This document shows, one piece after another, positions 17,916 to 24,000 of a stretch of DNA of 24,000 nt (within the stretch, counting starts at the first letter, position 1; each line of letters starts with the position of its first letter). The position numbers were made by a program, and so were the translations under genes. This stretch comes from Escherichia coli (GTDB lineage Bacteria; Pseudomonadota; Gammaproteobacteria; Enterobacterales; Enterobacteriaceae): the NCBI RefSeq assembly GCF_036494765.1, contig NZ_AP027487.1. One strand, 5' to 3'. The notes under the pieces were generated by a model. It made no database searches, was not told the origin of the DNA, and saw only the letters and a list, made by a program, of their open reading frames with translations.

Positions 17916-20900
17916 TTACCCTACCGCTGGCGTCGGGTCATCGCCTTTGTAGTCGCGTTTTACTTCCGTCACCTCATCGCCCTTCTCGTTGTGCAGATGC
18001 ACTTCAAGCTGGTTAAAGGCAATGTTGATGTCGTTTTCACGGCACAGCTGATCGATAGTACGGTTCAGCTCATCGACAGTACGACTACGGTCACGCAGTT
18101 CACGCACATACAGACGCAGCTCATGATCCAACGTGCTGGCACCAAATGCCGTAAAGAAGACTTCCGGCATTGGTTCGTGCATCACCCTTGGGTGCTCAGT
18201 CGCCGCCTTCAGTAACACTTTACGCACTTTTTCCAGATCGGAGCCATAGGCCACGCCGAGACGGATCACCAGACGCGTAGTAGTGTCAGTCAACGACCAG
18301 TTGATCAGACGCTCGGTAACAAACGCTTTGTTCGGGATGATCACTTCTTTGCGATCGAAATCGGTAATCGTTGTCGCACGAATACGGATCTTACTTACCG
18401 TCCCCGAGAAGCTACCAATGGTTACCGTATCGCCAATACGCACCGGACGTTCGAATAGAATGATCAAACCGGAGACGAAGTTACCGAAAATTTCTTGTAA
18501 ACCAAAACCAAGACCTACGGATAATGCTGCGGCCAGCCACTGGAGTTTATCCCAAGAGACGCCCAGCGATCCGAACACCGTCATCGCACCAACAGCAATA
18601 ATGATGTAGTTAAGGATGGTAGTAATGGCATACGACGCGCCCTGGCGCATATTCAGTCGCGAGAGCACCAGCACTTCCAGTAAACCAGGCAGGTTGCGAA
18701 TCAACGCCCAGGCCACCATTGAGGCGATAATCGCAAACAACAGACTGCCCATGGTGACGTTTTTCACCACCGCAGCGCCAGCTTCAGTGCCGTTGTAATG
18801 CCAGAGCGTGATGCTGTCGAGATAGCTGAACACGGTGATCAAATCGGACCAAATTGCCCAGAACATGACACCGAACAGCGCAAACATCAGCAACATGGTA
18901 ATACGCAGCGTCTGCTGGTTAACTTGCTCCAGTGCAATGGTGGGTTCTTCCGGCGGTTCAGCACCTTCTGCGCCCTCTTTCACCAGATTCTGCCGACGCG
19001 CCAGCGCACGACGCCAGGCGATACGCCGCGCCGCTACGCTTAAGCCACGCAGTACCGTCTGGTACAGCAGGTTCCAGATGATCACCAGATAAACGGTTTC
19101 AATCCAGCGTCCTGCCAGACGCAGCGTAGTGTAGAAGTAGCCTGTAGCAGTCAGCACCATCAGCGCAATCGGGATTATCGACAGCACGGTAATGGTGACC
19201 AGTCGCATGGTGTGCGACTCTTTATCACGCCAGCTTTCGCGGCACATCGGCCATACCAGGAAGGCAATCAGCAGCAGGTTGAAGAAAATCATCGCTTGCC
19301 CCAGCACATCATCCATCAGATGCAGCGGGGAAAGTTCTGCCACCACAGACCAGAAATGGATAGGCAGCAATGCGAGACTGATGCGGACAATTTGCCGACG
19401 CCAGTGGCTGGTCTGCTGTTCCGGCATGCCGAAGTGACGTACGGCAACGCCGTTTTTCTCCAGTACCTTCCAGCACAGGCCAAACACCAGCCAGAATATC
19501 GCCAGTTTTTTGCTGAACGACCATAGCAGTTCGCTGATGTTGAGCTGCATGGTCAACAGAATCAGGCCAACCGCGAGAATAATCAGGCACACCGGCAGCG
19601 CACGGATCAGGTCGATAAGGATCGCTTTTGGTGTGTTGAGCTGGCTGTCGTTACGCAGGGAACCCACAGCGGAAGCCAGTTTTTGTTGATACGCTTTCAG
19701 CCAGCCCAGACGCCAGTGGATCAGCCCGGCAATCAACAGCAGCGGCAAACCAGCGAGGAAAGCGATAAAAACGGCGGGCCAGGCTTTTTGCCAGTTCACC
19801 GTGATTTTCATCGACTTAAATTCATCTTTCAGGCTTTGCGGGAACGCTTTGATCCAGTCCCAGTCCATTGGACGGTTACTGTTCACCCAAAAGATTTGCT
19901 GAGTCAGGATGGATTTCAGGTTTTTCGACACACTCATTAACTGCTGCTGGTTGATTTGCAGGTTAATGGCCATCATCAGCTGGTTACCCAACTGTTTGTT
20001 GAGTTGATCCAGCAATTCGCGACGCATATCAACCACTTGCAATAACGCATCGTGAACTTCGCTGTTGACTTCGTTGGTGTGACCTTCTTCCAGTTTGTTG
20101 ACGAACGCATCGCTCTGGAAGAGTGCATCACGCTGCTGGTTAACTTCAAACTGTTCGAGACGCAAATCCGCGATGCGGTTGGTCATGTTTTCCAGTTCAT
20201 CCGCCGAGGGCAGCGTTTGTTGTTGCTGGTAAAGGATACGAGACAACAGCAGGCTGCCCTTCAGGACGGCAATCTGCTCTTTAATATTGCGTTCCGATTG
20301 CAGCGCCCGCTCCAGCCAGTTTTTGACTTTAATGTTTTGCTGCATCAACTGATTACCGTTTTCAGTCGCGGTAATCAGACGCTGACTTAACTGCTGGTTA
20401 ATTTCCAGTTCCTGCTTCACCAGCGGATTAGCCTGAATACGCGCGGCTTCATCCGGGGAGACGGCTTCCTGCGCCGTTTTTTCGGTTAAAGTCAGGCGCT
20501 TGCTGTTTACCGCTTCTTGCAACAGTTGTAACTGGTGCTCCAGACGAGCGCTGTTCGCCGTCACGTAATCACGTTGCTTTTGCAAGGTATCCTGCAAGAC
20601 GGTGTTCCCTTCCAGGCTTTTACGCTGCTGGTCAATCTCCGCATTCAGCAACGCCTGCTGGGCCTGCATTAACACTTTCTGGCTGGGACGTAAGGCTGTC
20701 TCGCCGACATCAGTCCCATCCAGACGACTGCGAATTTGTTGCAGCTGCTGCGAAGCGTTATACATCGCATTTTGCACGCGTTCGGGCTGCGTCTGTAACG
20801 AAACCAGCTGGCTGTTATAAGACGCCAGATCGTTTTGTGCGTTTTGCAAATCGTCCAGCGCCTGGGCAACGCGAGTTTCCAGCTGGCGCAACGACAGCGT

Positions 20901-21278
20901 GCTCAGAATTTTGCGCGTTTCTTCGTCGTTATCGACATCGCTAAGTGCTGTTAACGCCGCGGTCGCCTGGCGCATTTTTTCCGGCGCTTCAGCGACTTTT
21001 TGCCGTAGCTGAACTGTCTCTTCTTTTATGCGATCGATTTTATCGAGGGTGGCTAATGTATCTGTCAGATCCTGCTGCACCAGTTTGTCCTGAGCAGAAA
21101 GATCTTTTTGTTTATTTAGTGAGTCAAGTTGCGCCTGCAGGTCCGCTTTTGTCGGCAGATCACCATTCGATGACGCCCGCGCAAACGCCGTGTTCTGGCA
21201 TAACAAGACAAAAACAAAAGCAATAAATGCTGAAAAAACAAAATGCCGTGATCGTTTGTAATACTGGAACATAGTCAT
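17916..21278 (-). CDS. mscK: Potassium-dependent mechanosensitive channel MscK (KefA/AefA, 1120 aa)
   Basis: Complete 1120-aa ORF. It has a signal peptide, a long Q/L-rich coiled-coil periplasmic domain, a multi-span membrane region and a C-terminal MscS-like domain (...GLGFGLQEIFGNFVSGLIILFERPVRIGD...). Confidence 0.97.
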   Translation of the reverse strand: MTMFQYYKRSRHFVFSAFIAFVFVLLCQNTAFARASSNGDLPTKADLQAQLDSLNKQKDLSAQDKLVQQDLTDTLATLDKIDRIKEETVQLRQKVAEAPEKMRQATAALTALSDVDNDEETRKILSTLSLRQLETRVAQALDDLQNAQNDLASYNSQLVSLQTQPERVQNAMYNASQQLQQIRSRLDGTDVGETALRPSQKVLMQAQQALLNAEIDQQRKSLEGNTVLQDTLQKQRDYVTANSARLEHQLQLLQEAVNSKRLTLTEKTAQEAVSPDEAARIQANPLVKQELEINQQLSQRLITATENGNQLMQQNIKVKNWLERALQSERNIKEQIAVLKGSLLLSRILYQQQQTLPSADELENMTNRIADLRLEQFEVNQQRDALFQSDAFVNKLEEGHTNEVNSEVHDALLQVVDMRRELLDQLNKQLGNQLMMAINLQINQQQLMSVSKNLKSILTQQIFWVNSNRPMDWDWIKAFPQSLKDEFKSMKITVNWQKAWPAVFIAFLAGLPLLLIAGLIHWRLGWLKAYQQKLASAVGSLRNDSQLNTPKAILIDLIRALPVCLIILAVGLILLTMQLNISELLWSFSKKLAIFWLVFGLCWKVLEKNGVAVRHFGMPEQQTSHWRRQIVRISLALLPIHFWSVVAELSPLHLMDDVLGQAMIFFNLLLIAFLVWPMCRESWRDKESHTMRLVTITVLSIIPIALMVLTATGYFYTTLRLAGRWIETVYLVIIWNLLYQTVLRGLSVAARRIAWRRALARRQNLVKEGAEGAEPPEEPTIALEQVNQQTLRITMLLMFALFGVMFWAIWSDLITVFSYLDSITLWHYNGTEAGAAVVKNVTMGSLLFAIIASMVAWALIRNLPGLLEVLVLSRLNMRQGASYAITTILNYIIIAVGAMTVFGSLGVSWDKLQWLAAALSVGLGFGLQEIFGNFVSGLIILFERPVRIGDTVTIGSFSGTVSKIRIRATTITDFDRKEVIIPNKAFVTERLINWSLTDTTTRLVIRLGVAYGSDLEKVRKVLLKAATEHPRVMHEPMPEVFFTAFGASTLDHELRLYVRELRDRSRTVDELNRTIDQLCRENDINIAFNQLEVHLHNEKGDEVTEVKRDYKGDDPTPAVG

Positions 21279-21405
21279 GATGAATGAAGGTTTCTGAACC
21301 TGAAGAACGACCTGAAAAAGTCAAACCGCAAGAATATCACGACGCAGTGAACCAGAATAGCAACGACGAAAATGTCCAGGAAAAATCCTGGAGTCAGATT
21401 CAGGG

Positions 21406-22053
21406 TTATTCGTTAGTGGCAGGATTACGAAGCGTGGGGCACAGGAGATACATCTCCAGTAAGATGGCAACGTAATCGCGGGCTTCTTTTTTAAGATCAA
21501 AAGATTGCGGGGCAAAGAGCCAGTTTTCCATCAGGCCGGAAATATAGCCGCGCATAATAATTGCTGCGCGACGCGTCATTAAATCCGCAGGCAACATTTT
21601 CGCTTCAATACAATGTTTTAACGTTTGTTCTATACGGTCATAACTTTCCAGACAGAGATTACGTTGTGCCTGTTGCACAACAGCCATTTCTCCGACAAAT
21701 TCGCATTTGTGGAATATAATCTCCATCAATAATCGACGCCGTTCTTCTGTCACCGTGGATTCAAGAACATGAATTAATATCTCTCTTAATACTGAGAGTG
21801 GATCGCCAGGGAATTTTGCCTGATACTCAAGCTCTAGTTCACCAATATTGGATTCTGACAGTTCCCAGATCTCACTGAACAAATCCGACTTGTCTTTAAA
21901 ATGCCAGTAGATTGCACCGCGCGTAACGCCAGCTGCTTTTGCAATCTCGCCCAGCGAGGTGGATGATACCCCCTGCTGTGAGAAAAGACGTAGAGCCACA
22001 TCGAGGATGTGTTGGCGCGTTTCTTGCGCTTCTTGTTTGGTTTTTCGTGCCAT
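21406..22053 (-). CDS. acrR: TetR-family repressor AcrR (215 aa)
   Basis: Complete 215-aa ORF with an N-terminal TetR helix-turn-helix ([21 protein letters not shown]). It is divergent from acrAB. Confidence 0.97.
22034..22053 (-). promoter_or_regulatory. marbox-consensus match (candidate MarA/SoxS/Rob site for acrAB)
   Basis: The minus strand reads ATGGCACGAAAAACCAAACA, which fits the degenerate marbox consensus AYnGCACnnWnnRYYAAAYn at every specified position. It coincides with the first 20 nt of acrR, 142 nt upstream of the acrA ATG. Confidence 0.5.
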
Positions 22054-22081
22054 ATGTTCGTGAATTTACAGGCGTTAGATT

Positions 22082-22105
22082 TACATACATTTGTGAATGT
22101 ATGTA
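22082..22105. promoter_or_regulatory. AcrR operator (24-bp inverted repeat) in the acrR/acrAB divergent promoter region
   Basis: TACATACATTTGTGAATGTATGTA has 10-bp perfect arms TACATACATT / AATGTATGTA around a TGTG centre. This is the published AcrR binding palindrome. Confidence 0.85.
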
Positions 22106-22194
22106 CCATAGCACGACGATAATATAAACGCAGCAATGGGTTTATTAACTTTTGACCATTGACCAATTTGAAATCGGACACTCGAGGTTTACAT

Positions 22195-23388
22195 ATGAAC
22201 AAAAACAGAGGGTTTACGCCTCTGGCGGTCGTTCTGATGCTCTCAGGCAGCTTAGCCCTAACAGGATGTGACGACAAACAGGCCCAACAAGGTGGCCAGC
22301 AGATGCCCGCCGTTGGCGTAGTAACAGTCAAAACTGAACCTCTGCAGATCACAACCGAGCTTCCGGGTCGCACCAGTGCCTACCGGATCGCAGAAGTTCG
22401 TCCTCAAGTTAGCGGGATTATCCTGAAGCGTAATTTCAAAGAAGGTAGCGACATCGAAGCAGGTGTCTCTCTCTATCAGATTGATCCTGCGACCTATCAG
22501 GCGACATACGACAGTGCGAAAGGTGATCTGGCGAAAGCCCAGGCTGCAGCCAATATCGCGCAATTGACGGTGAATCGTTATCAGAAACTGCTCGGTACTC
22601 AGTACATCAGTAAGCAAGAGTACGATCAGGCTCTGGCTGATGCGCAACAGGCGAATGCTGCGGTAACTGCGGCGAAAGCTGCCGTTGAAACTGCGCGGAT
22701 CAATCTGGCTTACACCAAAGTCACCTCTCCGATTAGCGGTCGCATTGGTAAGTCGAACGTGACGGAAGGCGCATTGGTACAGAACGGTCAGGCGACTGCG
22801 CTGGCAACCGTGCAGCAACTTGATCCGATCTACGTTGATGTGACCCAGTCCAGCAACGACTTCCTGCGCCTGAAACAGGAACTGGCGAATGGCACGCTGA
22901 AACAAGAGAACGGCAAAGCCAAAGTGTCACTGATCACCAGTGACGGCATTAAGTTCCCGCAGGACGGTACGCTGGAATTCTCTGACGTTACCGTTGATCA
23001 GACCACTGGGTCTATCACCCTACGCGCTATCTTCCCGAACCCGGATCACACTCTGCTGCCGGGTATGTTCGTGCGCGCACGTCTGGAAGAAGGGCTTAAT
23101 CCAAACGCTATTTTAGTCCCGCAACAGGGCGTAACCCGTACGCCGCGTGGCGATGCCACCGTACTGGTAGTTGGCGCGGATGACAAAGTGGAAACCCGTC
23201 CGATCGTTGCAAGCCAGGCTATTGGCGATAAGTGGCTGGTGACAGAAGGTCTGAAAGCAGGCGATCGCGTAGTAATAAGTGGGCTGCAGAAAGTGCGTCC
23301 TGGTGTCCAGGTAAAAGCACAAGAAGTTACCGCTGATAATAACCAGCAAGCCGCAAGCGGTGCTCAGCCTGAACAGTCCAAGTCTTAA
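22195..23388 (+). CDS. acrA: Periplasmic adaptor lipoprotein AcrA of the AcrAB-TolC efflux pump (397 aa)
   Basis: The track ORF (409 aa) is trimmed to the ATG at 22195 (MNKNRGFTPLAVVLMLSGSLALTGCDD...). This gives a signal peptide with the lipobox LTGC. It is an HlyD/MFP-family protein. Confidence 0.96.
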   Translation: MNKNRGFTPLAVVLMLSGSLALTGCDDKQAQQGGQQMPAVGVVTVKTEPLQITTELPGRTSAYRIAEVRPQVSGIILKRNFKEGSDIEAGVSLYQIDPATYQATYDSAKGDLAKAQAAANIAQLTVNRYQKLLGTQYISKQEYDQALADAQQANAAVTAAKAAVETARINLAYTKVTSPISGRIGKSNVTEGALVQNGQATALATVQQLDPIYVDVTQSSNDFLRLKQELANGTLKQENGKAKVSLITSDGIKFPQDGTLEFSDVTVDQTTGSITLRAIFPNPDHTLLPGMFVRARLEEGLNPNAILVPQQGVTRTPRGDATVLVVGADDKVETRPIVASQAIGDKWLVTEGLKAGDRVVISGLQKVRPGVQVKAQEVTADNNQQAASGAQPEQSKS

Positions 23389-23407
23389 CTTAAACAGGAG
23401 CCGTTAA

Positions 23408-24000
<593 letters not shown>

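Noticed and set aside
20000-21200. Repetitive-looking Q/L/A-rich coding sequence with many CAG/CTG runs, considered as a possible tandem repeat or contingency locus.
   Set aside because: It is the coiled-coil periplasmic N-terminal domain of MscK. The repetition is at the heptad or amino-acid-composition level, not exact nucleotide tandem repeats, and the frame is intact across 1120 codons.
21284-21475. A 63-aa + strand ORF in the mscK/acrR gap that could be taken for a small regulatory protein.
   Set aside because: Its 3' third is antisense to the acrR C-terminus and there is no Shine-Dalgarno. The gap is more simply the acrR 3' UTR plus the mscK promoter. I noted a weak 6-bp hairpin (21375-21392) but it is too weak to annotate.
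21834-22373. A 179-aa minus-strand ORF spanning the acrR 5' end, the acrR/acrA control region and the acrA 5' end. The 215-aa ORF at 22258-22905 antisense to acrA belongs in the same category.
   Set aside because: It overlaps two well-supported genes and the operator region, has no translation signals, and the acrA-antisense frame is codon-aligned shadow. Its Cys/Arg/Pro-rich composition is typical of out-of-frame reading.

Overview
This window reads as ordinary, densely packed Escherichia coli core chromosome, the K-12-type ybaP-to-acrB neighbourhood shown in reverse orientation. I see no evidence for a novel or accessory system. Gene order on the window is: ybaP (5' truncated), ChiX sRNA, ybaK, ushA, fsr, ybaL, gsk, aes, hemH, adk, htpG, recR, ybaB, dnaX, apt, ybaN, priC, ybaM, mscK, acrR, acrA, acrB (3' truncated). 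Every long ORF matches a well-known protein by length, sequence and catalytic motifs, and the gaps between genes are short. The gaps are explained by terminators, REP/BIME repeats, one GC-rich palindromic repeat and known regulatory sites. There is no IS element, integrase, CRISPR array, tRNA/rRNA, prophage remnant or obvious compositional island. Three features are missed by the ORF track: the 84-nt Hfq-dependent sRNA ChiX at 527-610 (minus), the 53-aa ybaM gene, and the start of acrB at 23411. The more notable sequence-level features are all previously described biology. They are the dnaX programmed -1 frameshift cassette, the sigma32 htpG promoter abutting the recR terminator hairpin, and the AcrR operator with a marbox-consensus match in the acrR/acrA divergent region. 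The overlapping convergent stop codons of aes and hemH also follow from the two established gene ends. The long antisense ORFs (up to 530 aa opposite htpG) are codon-aligned shadow frames, not genes. The only loosely open items are a few unassigned inverted repeats and the poorly characterised genes ybaP, ybaN, ybaM and ybaL. All identifications come from reading the sequence and from recall of E. coli genes; no database search was run.
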